Positions 19,663 to 28,822 of a stretch of DNA of 64,000 nt are shown here, in pieces (position 1 is the stretch's first letter; the number at the start of each line of letters is the position of its first letter). The DNA lies in the NCBI GenBank assembly GCA_902542445.1, contig CACBUT010000001.1:18296-82295 (forward strand), given 5' to 3'. This DNA is from an uncultured Fidelibacterota bacterium. GTDB lineage: Bacteria; Fidelibacterota; Marinisomatia; Marinisomatales; TCS55. Made by a program: the position numbers and the translations under genes. The notes below the pieces were generated by a model that saw only the letters and a list, made by a program, of their open reading frames with translations, did not search any database and had not been told where the DNA came from.

Positions 19663-20808
19663 TTAGCTTTTATAGTCAAGAGATAGACCCCAATTGCCTC
19701 TAACTTTTTTGGGGGGGCTTTTTAGAAACTGATTTACATCGATTGTATAAATATTATCTGCACATTCAATGCAAGCTGGTTCTTTATATGTACCATCCTT
19801 TCCATCCATCCTTAGTCTCTTGCTGAATTCGTTATTATAAACTTCGTAAATAGAATTTTTATAAATATTGCCGGTTACAGTGTCTGCACCCTGAAAATTT
19901 TCACAAACAATAACATCTCCATTACCTCTTATAACCATTCTGCCCCATGGACTATTACATCTAAAATCTTCAACTCGTTCACCAATTTGATCAGAAGGCT
20001 GCAAGCCGTCTTGATAGTGAAGGACTCCTCCAAGCAACAAGCATTGAATATCAACATAGTCAACTACATCGATCCATTCTTTTATAAAATCATAGACTTC
20101 ATACTGATTATATACACTAACAACTAAAGCAACTCTAACAATTGGAAGTATTAAGCCTGCTTTTTCTCTATAGTTAAGTGTTTCTTCAATGGCCCACTTA
20201 ACCTTTTCTAGCCCGGGTGCTTTGCTATTCCTCCTAGGTCTAACAATATCGTATGTTTCGCTGGAATGAGCATCGATTGAGAATAATACTCTAGTGATTC
20301 CAGAATCTAACACAGACTTTATTTTATCTTCATTAAAAAGAAGTCCATTTGTGGTCATTATAACATCCATAACGCCATGATCTCGTGCAAATTTTATTCT
20401 TTTAGGTAAATCTTTTACTAAGAGTGGTTCATCATTATTATGGGTTGAAATCGATGGTAGGCCATGCTCTTCGCCCTCGAGAACAATTCTTTCGTATAGA
20501 TCCCATGGCATTGAACTCCCATCAAATTGATACTTACCTCTATAATCTTTATGGCCCTGTACACATGTAGGACATGCTAGATTGCAACGGTAGGTTTGCT
20601 CTAACATTATGTATAAGGGAAAATCGAATTGATCTTGAAATTCACGAGCAGAAGCAAAATCAGATCTATATTTATCCCACCTTTTGCCATAAAGCCTTCT
20701 CAGCTCTGCTTCTCTAATCTCCATCTTTTCAGTGTTTAGTTTTGCAGTAAGATCATCAACAGTTTTTGAGTCAATTTTTTTTGTCATGGTTCTTCTATTT
20801 CTGAGCAA
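19663..20808 (-). CDS. Radical SAM / SPASM-domain enzyme, paralog B
   Basis: CNLACPTC (CX3CX2C). C-terminal Cys cluster CNSPWGRMVIRGNGDVIVCENF...CIEC. N-terminal WDKYRSDF motif shared with paralog A. An alternative ATG at 20787 avoids overlap with the upstream gene. Confidence 0.85.
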   Translation of the reverse strand: MLRNRRTMTKKIDSKTVDDLTAKLNTEKMEIREAELRRLYGKRWDKYRSDFASAREFQDQFDFPLYIMLEQTYRCNLACPTCVQGHKDYRGKYQFDGSSMPWDLYERIVLEGEEHGLPSISTHNNDEPLLVKDLPKRIKFARDHGVMDVIMTTNGLLFNEDKIKSVLDSGITRVLFSIDAHSSETYDIVRPRRNSKAPGLEKVKWAIEETLNYREKAGLILPIVRVALVVSVYNQYEVYDFIKEWIDVVDYVDIQCLLLGGVLHYQDGLQPSDQIGERVEDFRCNSPWGRMVIRGNGDVIVCENFQGADTVTGNIYKNSIYEVYNNEFSKRLRMDGKDGTYKEPACIECADNIYTIDVNQFLKSPPKKVRGNWGLSLDYKS

Positions 20809-21787
20809 ACAATCTCAAATTGTCGCCCTTTTTTGTTGAATTAATAGATTCTTGTATATCATCTGAATTATTAAATATAAAATCAAGGTCAAGATCAGCA
20901 AATTCTTTTTGGTAAACCTTTGATATTGTTTTAATGTGCTGAACGTCCAACCCTTTGGTCATTATATCTCTAACTTTGAAACCAGCTTTAACAAATTCTT
21001 TTTCAAATGTTTCTGGCGTATAATGCCTTAAGTGAACATCTGCGCTGAACATCTCTGAAAGGCCACCCGTTATGAAATAATTAAAACTTTCAAAATTTTC
21101 TGTATATGCAAAAACCCAACCTCCAGGCTTTAAAGACTTATATACAAATTGCAACAATGATGAGGGGTTTTCGACATGTTCTATCACGTCCCAAAGAGTT
21201 ATAGCATCAAAAACATTCTCACCAAGGTCAACATTTTCTGTAGTTCCATGATGAATATTCGGAAGTCCTAATTCATTTGTAGCAAATTTTACCATTTTGG
21301 GGTTTGGCTCTATTCCATGAACATCAAAACCTTTATCATAAGCAACTTTTAAAAAGTGGCCAGAACTGCAGCCTATATCAAGAATGCTACCGCTTTGCAA
21401 TCTTGGCATAATAATATCAACTACTCTTTCTTTAAAAATCGTCTCCATTCTATATTTAGCAGATGGAAGATATATTTCTTCAAAACTTTTTGAAAATCGA
21501 CCGTTCACATACTGCTCATTAATATATTCTGTTTTTGGTCTTGGGTTTGGATATACCATGCCACAATTAACGCATTTAACATAGGGAAAACCAAATTTAA
21601 TGAAGATCTGTGTTTTCCTTGGGTCGTTATCTGCTCCGCATAATGAGCAAGCAACTTTTTTAACTTTTTTTGGATCTAAACTGTTCTGATTTTTATCCCA
21701 ATAAAATGAAAGATCTTCTTCCATTTCTTTATACTGTTTTTCTACGGAACCAGCAGGATGTAGCTTGGATTTATCGGGAGATTTCAT
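20795..21787 (-). CDS. Class I SAM-dependent methyltransferase with N-terminal Zn-ribbon
   Basis: CSLCGA...CVNCG ribbon, ILDIGCSSGHF motif I, FDAITLWDVIEHV, LKPGGWV. Confidence 0.85.
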   Translation of the reverse strand: MKSPDKSKLHPAGSVEKQYKEMEEDLSFYWDKNQNSLDPKKVKKVACSLCGADNDPRKTQIFIKFGFPYVKCVNCGMVYPNPRPKTEYINEQYVNGRFSKSFEEIYLPSAKYRMETIFKERVVDIIMPRLQSGSILDIGCSSGHFLKVAYDKGFDVHGIEPNPKMVKFATNELGLPNIHHGTTENVDLGENVFDAITLWDVIEHVENPSSLLQFVYKSLKPGGWVFAYTENFESFNYFITGGLSEMFSADVHLRHYTPETFEKEFVKAGFKVRDIMTKGLDVQHIKTISKVYQKEFADLDLDFIFNNSDDIQESINSTKKGDNLRLFAQK

Positions 21788-21809
21788 TGTATTTGCCTAT
21801 ATTTTAAAG

Positions 21810-22910
21810 TTAAAGACCGACTTCTTGTTTTCTATTAATATAGTTCTCAATTAATATGTTTCTATCGCCAACTTTTGCTTCTTCATTGGGTTCAGCTTTT
21901 CTTGGATAATAACAACTTAAACATGTTTTAATATTCTTAAAACCATCTTTTAAACTTAAAGTAGCTCTAACTTTTTGCATTTTTTCACCATGCCAAATCT
22001 CATGAACAGATTGTTCATATGCATTTCCGACAGTTTCATAACCTTCAGTATCTTCGCCATATCCTGTGTTAGCACACATTTTAGCACTTCCATCGCTGAA
22101 TATTGTTAATCTTTGATAGGGTTGGGGGCATGAAAAATTATCAACATAAACAATTTCTTTATCATTAAATAAATAGTCGATTAGAGGATTATAAGCCACA
22201 AGATCAGTGACAGGAGCTAGTGTTTCGTAATACTTCGTAGGGTAAGGCCTTATCGCAGGCCAAACACCTTGCACTTTGACAACAGGTTTTTTCACTCCTT
22301 TTTTCTTTTTATAAGCTTGAATTTCTTTTAGTCTCTCGAGCATTCCATCAAAAGTTAAAGGTTTTCTTATTCTGTTATAATTATCTCCCATGCCGTCAAT
22401 AGATATCGTAAGCCAATCTAAGCCATTATCAACAACATCTCTCATATACTTGCCTTTAATGGCAGAGCCATTTGTCAGAGTTGATACCTCACCTATGCCC
22501 TTATTTTTTGCATACTTAATTGCATCTCTAAATATGCGATTCATTGTAGACTCACCCCGTAGGCTTAATCTGACTGAATGAACTTTGCCGGCAATTTCAT
22601 CGATAACTTTTTTAAATAAATCAAATTCCATAAAGCCTTTTTTAATTCTTGATATGAACTCATCAGTGATAGTGTAACACATAGGACATGTCAAATTACA
22701 TCTAGATGAAAGTTCAAGATCAACATGTAAGGGATAATCTCTCACTTCTTGTTTTTTTGGAAGATTTTCCCAGTCTGATCTATAAGATTTATATTGATCT
22801 TCCCAACCATCACCTCTACTTGACTCAAAAGCGTCTATTCTTTCTTGAGTGTCTAAATGAAAATGTCCTTTATTAATAGGAACATTTTTATCTTTATTAG
22901 CGTCAGGCAT
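21810..22910 (-). CDS. Radical SAM / SPASM-domain enzyme, paralog A
   Basis: CNLTCPMC (CX3CX2C). C-terminal CPQPYQRLTIFSDGSAKMC...CLSC. N-terminal YKSYRSDWENLP motif. Confidence 0.85.
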   Translation of the reverse strand: MPDANKDKNVPINKGHFHLDTQERIDAFESSRGDGWEDQYKSYRSDWENLPKKQEVRDYPLHVDLELSSRCNLTCPMCYTITDEFISRIKKGFMEFDLFKKVIDEIAGKVHSVRLSLRGESTMNRIFRDAIKYAKNKGIGEVSTLTNGSAIKGKYMRDVVDNGLDWLTISIDGMGDNYNRIRKPLTFDGMLERLKEIQAYKKKKGVKKPVVKVQGVWPAIRPYPTKYYETLAPVTDLVAYNPLIDYLFNDKEIVYVDNFSCPQPYQRLTIFSDGSAKMCANTGYGEDTEGYETVGNAYEQSVHEIWHGEKMQKVRATLSLKDGFKNIKTCLSCYYPRKAEPNEEAKVGDRNILIENYINRKQEVGL

Positions 22911-23893
22911 TATAATTCCCCAATTTTTACCTCGAAATACTTATTTAAATTACCTCCAAAACCTGTCTTAAACCAAGCTCTTTCAGGACTGTTAATGCCT
23001 TCTAAATCGAGAATATTTAGATGATTATTTATTGCAATATTTTTTGCAGCATTCCAGTAAGCAAAAGTTCCGGGATATCTCAATTTTGAAGCTGGATTTG
23101 AAGATGCCATTAATGCATAACATTTCCTACTGTCATAGCAAATTGATATTACATATGAAATAAAACCATCTTTTTCTTTGACGAAAAAGTTTTTTCCAAT
23201 ATTTAGTTTTTCAAGATTATTATGTAGATAACTAATTCTTTCTAATTTTTCCTTTTTTATAGCTATGCCTTGCTTCTCCATTGTGCTTTTATAAAATAAA
23301 ACAAAGCTTTCAATATCCCCATTTTGAGTAAGGGTTGCGCTTCTACTAAACCCTTCTTTAATTCTTCTTTTTCTAATTCTTGCTAATTTTTTAAACAAAA
23401 ACATATCGGAATCTTTTTTGCCTAGTTTAAATTCTGATATGTCTAGATAGCTTGTGTATCTAAGGTTCAAATTAAATCTTTCATTTTCCTTTCTAGAATG
23501 ATAATTATGCCACTGAAAAGGCCTTAAGTCCTCAAATTCTGGTGAAAGTGAAATTTCAAGATAGCTATATTTATTTACAAAATTATCAATGACAAATTCG
23601 GTTATAGCAAATCTCTCGAGCTTTGCAGAGATCTCTTTCTGGTCAGGGTCATAATGAAACATTAGACCATTATAAATTACTAAATCGTCTAAAACAATTT
23701 TGTTATTATTTTTAGATAAACAAATCGACAGCCCTGCTCTAATATCATCTCCTCTAAATATAAAAAATAATTCAAAATTTGCCTGTACTGCCTGAAGATA
23801 TTTAGTTTTGCTAAAGATAGTTCCCTGCGGAGAAGAATCAACGAAACTATCCCAAATCTTATAATCAGAAACTTTCTCAATTGAAAACTTCAT
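22910..23893 (-). CDS. FemAB-like / GNAT-fold acyl or aminoacyl transferase
   Basis: N-terminus WDSFVDSSPQGTIFSKTKYL and overall length resemble FemAB-family (Acetyltransf_6-like) proteins found in glycan loci. Motif-level call. Confidence 0.5.
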   Translation of the reverse strand: MKFSIEKVSDYKIWDSFVDSSPQGTIFSKTKYLQAVQANFELFFIFRGDDIRAGLSICLSKNNNKIVLDDLVIYNGLMFHYDPDQKEISAKLERFAITEFVIDNFVNKYSYLEISLSPEFEDLRPFQWHNYHSRKENERFNLNLRYTSYLDISEFKLGKKDSDMFLFKKLARIRKRRIKEGFSRSATLTQNGDIESFVLFYKSTMEKQGIAIKKEKLERISYLHNNLEKLNIGKNFFVKEKDGFISYVISICYDSRKCYALMASSNPASKLRYPGTFAYWNAAKNIAINNHLNILDLEGINSPERAWFKTGFGGNLNKYFEVKIGEL

Positions 23894-25200
23894 ATTTTCT
23901 CAAAAATTTTTTTATCGACTAATTTTTTGCACATTTGATCAATATATTCTTCTTCTATTTTCAATATATCTGCTATTTGATGAGTAGTGAGTTTTCCATC
24001 GCTAAGATGTAATAACCAAAGAGTCAAATCTAATTCAGATATTTTTTTTGAAAATTTTGGAAGAAAAGCACCGCCTGTCTTTGGATACAAATCATGCTTA
24101 CCTAGCATTACTTCACAAGAATCTTTTTTATTTTTATAAATTTTATCTTTTTCAATCTGCATTATGACATTTTTATAAATTTTCAAGCTTTTAAAAATAT
24201 TTTCAGGTTTTACAAAATCTAGATTGTCTAATGAAGTATGATAATAATCATATTCATAAAACTTATCTTTAGATATTACAGGACAATTAATTCTGAATTT
24301 TTGCGATGAAAATTGTCGCTCATCACTTCCATGTGGATCATAGCTATGCTTTTTATAATTAATTTTCTCTTTTTTAAATACATTTTCTATTATCGAGTTA
24401 ATCCTATGGGATGAATCCCAAGACTCTTTAAATTCAAATTGTCCAGGACCACCAACAGTAGACGCAATAAGACCAATATCTATTTCCTTTATAATTTTTT
24501 CATAGGCGTGACAATAAGCAATTGCTCCAATTGTTTCAGGGACAAAAATAAACCTATAACTATAATTTAAATAATTTGAACTCATTAATTCTTTTGCTAG
24601 CATGCATGACATAATTGGTCCGCTTAAATTATCATTAGCCATTGAGGGATGACAAATATATGTAGAAATAAGAATTTCTTTATCTGATAGACCTTTTATT
24701 ACAAAATCTCCGTAAACCATTTTACCATTTGGATTAAACCTAGAATCAATAAAAACATGCAATTTATCGGTTTCTTTAGATAATTTATCAAACTGAGATT
24801 TTGTAACACAAAACCCCCATTCTTTAGAATAATAGGTCGTTCTGTAGGGAATTGCTTCAGGCAAGTCAGATAGATAAAATAATCTCTCGGACAGTTTTTT
24901 GAATGATATTTTTTCATCAACTGGAACACTGTAGCTTACAACATGTAGATTTGAATCCTTAAAATCAACAATTTTTTCTCCGCTTGCAGTTTTTATCCAA
25001 GCATTTCTAAGATCATATTCATCAGGAATGACCCAATCATATACTTTTTTACCACTTTTAAATTCCTTAATTGTCAAAGGGATATTTTCTTGTAAAATCT
25101 TTAAAGTTTGATGATTTCCTGGTCCAGTTAGACTCCTATAGATTGGAAATAGCCTCTTTAATAATTCATCAATTTTAGAAATTGTATTTTTTTTATTCAT
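23890..25200 (-). CDS. Aminopeptidase-like polysaccharide-biosynthesis protein (DUF2172/DUF4910 + C-terminal winged helix)
   Basis: RLFPIYRSLTGPGNHQTLKIL, WVIPDEY, ICHPSMANDNLSGP, and C-terminal LTTHQIADILKIEEEYI match the COG4310-type architecture as I recall it. Confidence 0.62.
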   Translation of the reverse strand: MNKKNTISKIDELLKRLFPIYRSLTGPGNHQTLKILQENIPLTIKEFKSGKKVYDWVIPDEYDLRNAWIKTASGEKIVDFKDSNLHVVSYSVPVDEKISFKKLSERLFYLSDLPEAIPYRTTYYSKEWGFCVTKSQFDKLSKETDKLHVFIDSRFNPNGKMVYGDFVIKGLSDKEILISTYICHPSMANDNLSGPIMSCMLAKELMSSNYLNYSYRFIFVPETIGAIAYCHAYEKIIKEIDIGLIASTVGGPGQFEFKESWDSSHRINSIIENVFKKEKINYKKHSYDPHGSDERQFSSQKFRINCPVISKDKFYEYDYYHTSLDNLDFVKPENIFKSLKIYKNVIMQIEKDKIYKNKKDSCEVMLGKHDLYPKTGGAFLPKFSKKISELDLTLWLLHLSDGKLTTHQIADILKIEEEYIDQMCKKLVDKKIFEKI

Positions 25201-25209
25201 TTTTCTAAA

Positions 25210-25905
25210 TTAAAAAAATTTTTCCAATGAAATTAAGCTCACATCCTCAGGATGTTTAAAATTTTTTAATTTAGACAACAGCTCTCTAATTCTAATTAAA
25301 TCGTTTTTCTGATCAATGTCTAGGCGAATTTTTGGATAATTCAAATGCACTGGCGCAGATAAAACATCAATTTTAAAAATGTCTAAATTATCCCATATAT
25401 ACTTCGTTACATGCTCTTTATGTTCAATGCTAAATGCATTTTTTTGAATTATTTCAAGAGTTTTAAATGTAAAAATTTCTGCTCCTGCTCCATCTAAATA
25501 ATTATTGTTTAGAGCTGGGATATGATTAAATGCATAATCTAATTTATTTTTTATTGAAAATTTAATTAATCTATCTATTTCTGTTGAACTAATTAAAGGA
25601 TTATCAGCACAAATTCTAACAATCAGGTCGGGAGATTCAAAGTTTCCAATTTTATGAAATCTTGATAATACATTATTTTCACTTCCTCTAAAGCTATCTA
25701 CACCATAATAACGTGATCTTTCAGCTATAAAGTCGTTTTCTGATTTTTCTGAAGTTGCAACTATCAGTTTATTAATTTTTTTAGATTTTAGACATCTACG
25801 AATGACCCAATCAATAATGGGATATTCAAATAATTTGGCTGCCATTTTATTAGGAAATCTTGATGAGCCCATTCTGGCTTGAATTACACCGACTATGTTA
25901 TTCAC
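25210..25905 (-). CDS. Cytidylyltransferase (SpsF / acylneuraminate cytidylyltransferase family), copy B
   Basis: VGVIQARMGSSRFPNKM. Same order relative to a NeuB gene as copy A. Confidence 0.78.
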   Translation of the reverse strand: MNNIVGVIQARMGSSRFPNKMAAKLFEYPIIDWVIRRCLKSKKINKLIVATSEKSENDFIAERSRYYGVDSFRGSENNVLSRFHKIGNFESPDLIVRICADNPLISSTEIDRLIKFSIKNKLDYAFNHIPALNNNYLDGAGAEIFTFKTLEIIQKNAFSIEHKEHVTKYIWDNLDIFKIDVLSAPVHLNYPKIRLDIDQKNDLIRIRELLSKLKNFKHPEDVSLISLEKFF

Positions 25906-25912
25906 AAAAAAA

Positions 25913-26977
25913 TTAATTTATTAAATCTTCCCACATCAAAATGTGGTCTTCTTTAAGATTTTTTTTAACCTTTTTGCCAATTACTTCATCCCAATGATAT
26001 GGACTAATTCCAGTACCAGGCCTTTTGTAAATTATGTCTTTCTCATCTATAGTATCATTTTCTTCCAAGTCCCTAAGCAAAACTATACTTCTTCGAGCAT
26101 TAGTTCTTGATATATCCTCTACTGAAAGTGGTTTTTTTTCGTAATTTTCTCCAATTAATGTTTTAATTATTTTCAGTTCTTTTTTGAAAGATTTTAAATC
26201 ATTTACATCCATTGCATGGTAATGGTCATTGCCTTTTAGAGTCTTATCATGAGTAAAATGCTTTTCTATAATTCTTGCGCCCATTATATATGCAGATTTT
26301 AATGTGTTCATTTTTTTGTCTGGGAGTGTGTGGTCTGAATAACCAATAACATAGTTTGGAAAAGATAATCTCAGTCCCTCAATCATTCCTAAAGAAGCAT
26401 TTTCATTGGATGTGGGATAATTTAAAATACAATGTAAAATAGCTACATCAGAAGCTCCATAGCTTTCAAGCACATTGACAGCATTTTTTATTTCATTAAG
26501 ATTAGATGCTCCAGTTGATAAAATTACAGGCTTTCTTTTGCTCGCGACTTGTCTTAAAAAAGGAATGTTGGTTATATCAGCTGATGCAATCTTAAAAAAG
26601 GGCATCAATGGATCTAAAAAATCAATAGCTTTAGAATCAAAGGGAGTAGATAAAAATTGAATCTCTAGCTTCTTGCAATGTTTAGAAAGCTCAACAAAAT
26701 CAGATTTGTTAAATAAGTCATACTTTTTAAATAATTTAAACTGACTTTTAGTTGGCTCATTTTTTAAATCCCAATAAGAAGGACTGTTTTTTGAAGCTAT
26801 AGTTTCAGCTTTATAAGTCTGGAATTTTGCCGCATCGGCACCACCTTCTTTAGATAATTGGATCAGTTCTTTGGCTTTTTCTAATGAACCCTCGTGATTT
26901 ACACCAATTTCAGCAATTATATATGGTTCAGAGTTTTGGTTGATTTTTTTATCTGAAAGAATAATCTCTGGATTCAT
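25913..26977 (-). CDS. NeuB-family nonulosonic acid synthase, copy B
   Basis: YIIAEIGVNHEGSLEKAKEL, AAKFQTY, YSDHT, EKHFT, and a C-terminal SAF-like domain. Confidence 0.87.
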   Translation of the reverse strand: MNPEIILSDKKINQNSEPYIIAEIGVNHEGSLEKAKELIQLSKEGGADAAKFQTYKAETIASKNSPSYWDLKNEPTKSQFKLFKKYDLFNKSDFVELSKHCKKLEIQFLSTPFDSKAIDFLDPLMPFFKIASADITNIPFLRQVASKRKPVILSTGASNLNEIKNAVNVLESYGASDVAILHCILNYPTSNENASLGMIEGLRLSFPNYVIGYSDHTLPDKKMNTLKSAYIMGARIIEKHFTHDKTLKGNDHYHAMDVNDLKSFKKELKIIKTLIGENYEKKPLSVEDISRTNARRSIVLLRDLEENDTIDEKDIIYKRPGTGISPYHWDEVIGKKVKKNLKEDHILMWEDLIN

Positions 26978-27651
26978 TTCAATAATTCTGAAGCGATTCG
27001 GTTATGCAAATGCTTCTTTCTTAAGATATCGCTATATATTTTCATTTCATTATTTTGATTAGTAATGTTTTTTTCATGTTTTCTATATCTATAAAGAGGA
27101 ATCGGAACATTATAAATATTATATTTCTCTAAAAAACGAATTAATAAATCCTTATCTTCATGAAGTTTCATCTTTTCGTCATAAAGACCCAATTCAATTA
27201 TGTGCTCAATTCGAAACATTATTCCACAGCCTATTGGTTCATCTGACCAACTTTTTATGCCTATAACTTTTTCATATTTATCTACGATTTGATAATCGCA
27301 AGAGACTGAATCAATTGATTCATTTAATCCAAGATGCATAGAAAGAAAATTTATATACTCTGCGTGAACATAATCATCTGCGTCTACTCTAATTATGTAT
27401 TGCCCTCTAGCTTTTTTAATGCCTTTATTTAAAGATGCAGGGAGTCCAAGTTGCTTATTATTTTCAACAAGAATTACCTCGCTGAGATGCGGTTGAATAG
27501 CTTTATTAGTATTATCAGTGCTGAAATCATTAATAATAATTATTTCGAAATCATTTCTTTCAAATTTCATATTTAGAAGCGATCTTATACATCTTCCTAT
27601 ATATTTTTCTTCATTGTGAGCTGGGACAATAATTGAAACTATCGGGACCAT
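26974..27651 (-). CDS. GT2-family glycosyltransferase
   Basis: VSIIVPAHNEEKYI...IIIINDFSTDNT and RVDADD. Confidence 0.85.
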   Translation of the reverse strand: MVPIVSIIVPAHNEEKYIGRCIRSLLNMKFERNDFEIIIINDFSTDNTNKAIQPHLSEVILVENNKQLGLPASLNKGIKKARGQYIIRVDADDYVHAEYINFLSMHLGLNESIDSVSCDYQIVDKYEKVIGIKSWSDEPIGCGIMFRIEHIIELGLYDEKMKLHEDKDLLIRFLEKYNIYNVPIPLYRYRKHEKNITNQNNEMKIYSDILRKKHLHNRIASELLK

Positions 27652-27652
27652 G

Positions 27653-28819
27653 CTAGCTATGCAATTCTTTAATTTTAGATAATGAGTTAAAGATTTTCTG
27701 CGGAATTGAATCCTCCATTTTTACTGAAATAGGCAATGCTACAGATCTGTCTAAAAATGAACGAGATCTACTAAAGGCTTGTTTAATATCACAACTTAAA
27801 TTTTCAACTAGAGATGGCATATGATCCCATGAACCAGCAAAATGCCAAGTTATTGCTTCAGGCAGAATTTTTGTTCCAATGCCATTATTTATTAATACCT
27901 CTCTACATTTAAGAGCAATTTGATTTGATTCAACAAAAAAGACTAAGGCATCAGCTGTTTCAAACGATTTTTTAGGGACTGTGCGAAAATCTATATTAAG
28001 CATTGAGATTTTATCTTTAATTTTGCTCATATTATCTCTTTGAGACTGGACAACAAAATCAAGCTTATTTAGCTGTGCAATTCCTACAGCTCCCTGAAGC
28101 TCCATCATTCTAAAGTTGAATCCACTGCTTGCTCTACTATCTTCCCATCTTGGCAATGAAGGATTGTTCTCATGTCCATGGTCGTGCCAAGCTGCTGCTT
28201 TTAGGTATATTTCTTTATTTTTAAATACAAGCATTCCACCTTCACCTGTGGTCATAGTTTTTGCAAAATCAAAGCTATAGCATCCAATATCTCCAATTGT
28301 CCCTAGCGGTGTATTGTTATAATATCCTCCACACCCCCAAGCTGTATCTTCAATTAAAGGGATACCATATTTATCAGATAAAGCTTTTATTTCTTTAAGT
28401 CGAGCAGGGACACCAAGCATATGAACGACGATAATTGCTTTTGTTTTATTATTGATTTTCCTTTCTAAATCGATAAAATCCATATTCAATGTATCATCAA
28501 TTTCAGTAATAATAGGAGTTGCACCAGATTCAATAATTGCTTCAGCGGTTGCAACAAAAGTAAAAGATTGAGTTATTACTTCATCGCCTTTTTTAATTCC
28601 TAGGGAAGCAAGTGCAACTCTTAAAGCTGCAGTTCCAGATGTAACACCTAATGCATATGGACATTTCATTCTTTTGGCAAAATCAGCTTCAAATTCTTTT
28701 ACTTTATAAATTCCATTTCTTAAATGGTCAAAGCTATGTCGAAATAATATCCTACTATCTTGAAATAAATGATTTATTTCAGATAATTCTTCATCGCCAA
28801 TTAATTCAAATCCAGGCAT
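27653..28819 (-). CDS. DegT/DnrJ/EryC1/StrS-family PLP-dependent sugar aminotransferase
   Basis: GVTSGTAALRVAL, GDEVITQSFTFVAT, YSFDFAKTMTTGEGG. Confidence 0.87.
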   Translation of the reverse strand: MPGFELIGDEELSEINHLFQDSRILFRHSFDHLRNGIYKVKEFEADFAKRMKCPYALGVTSGTAALRVALASLGIKKGDEVITQSFTFVATAEAIIESGATPIITEIDDTLNMDFIDLERKINNKTKAIIVVHMLGVPARLKEIKALSDKYGIPLIEDTAWGCGGYYNNTPLGTIGDIGCYSFDFAKTMTTGEGGMLVFKNKEIYLKAAAWHDHGHENNPSLPRWEDSRASSGFNFRMMELQGAVGIAQLNKLDFVVQSQRDNMSKIKDKISMLNIDFRTVPKKSFETADALVFFVESNQIALKCREVLINNGIGTKILPEAITWHFAGSWDHMPSLVENLSCDIKQAFSRSRSFLDRSVALPISVKMEDSIPQKIFNSLSKIKELHS

Positions 28820-28822
28820 TTT

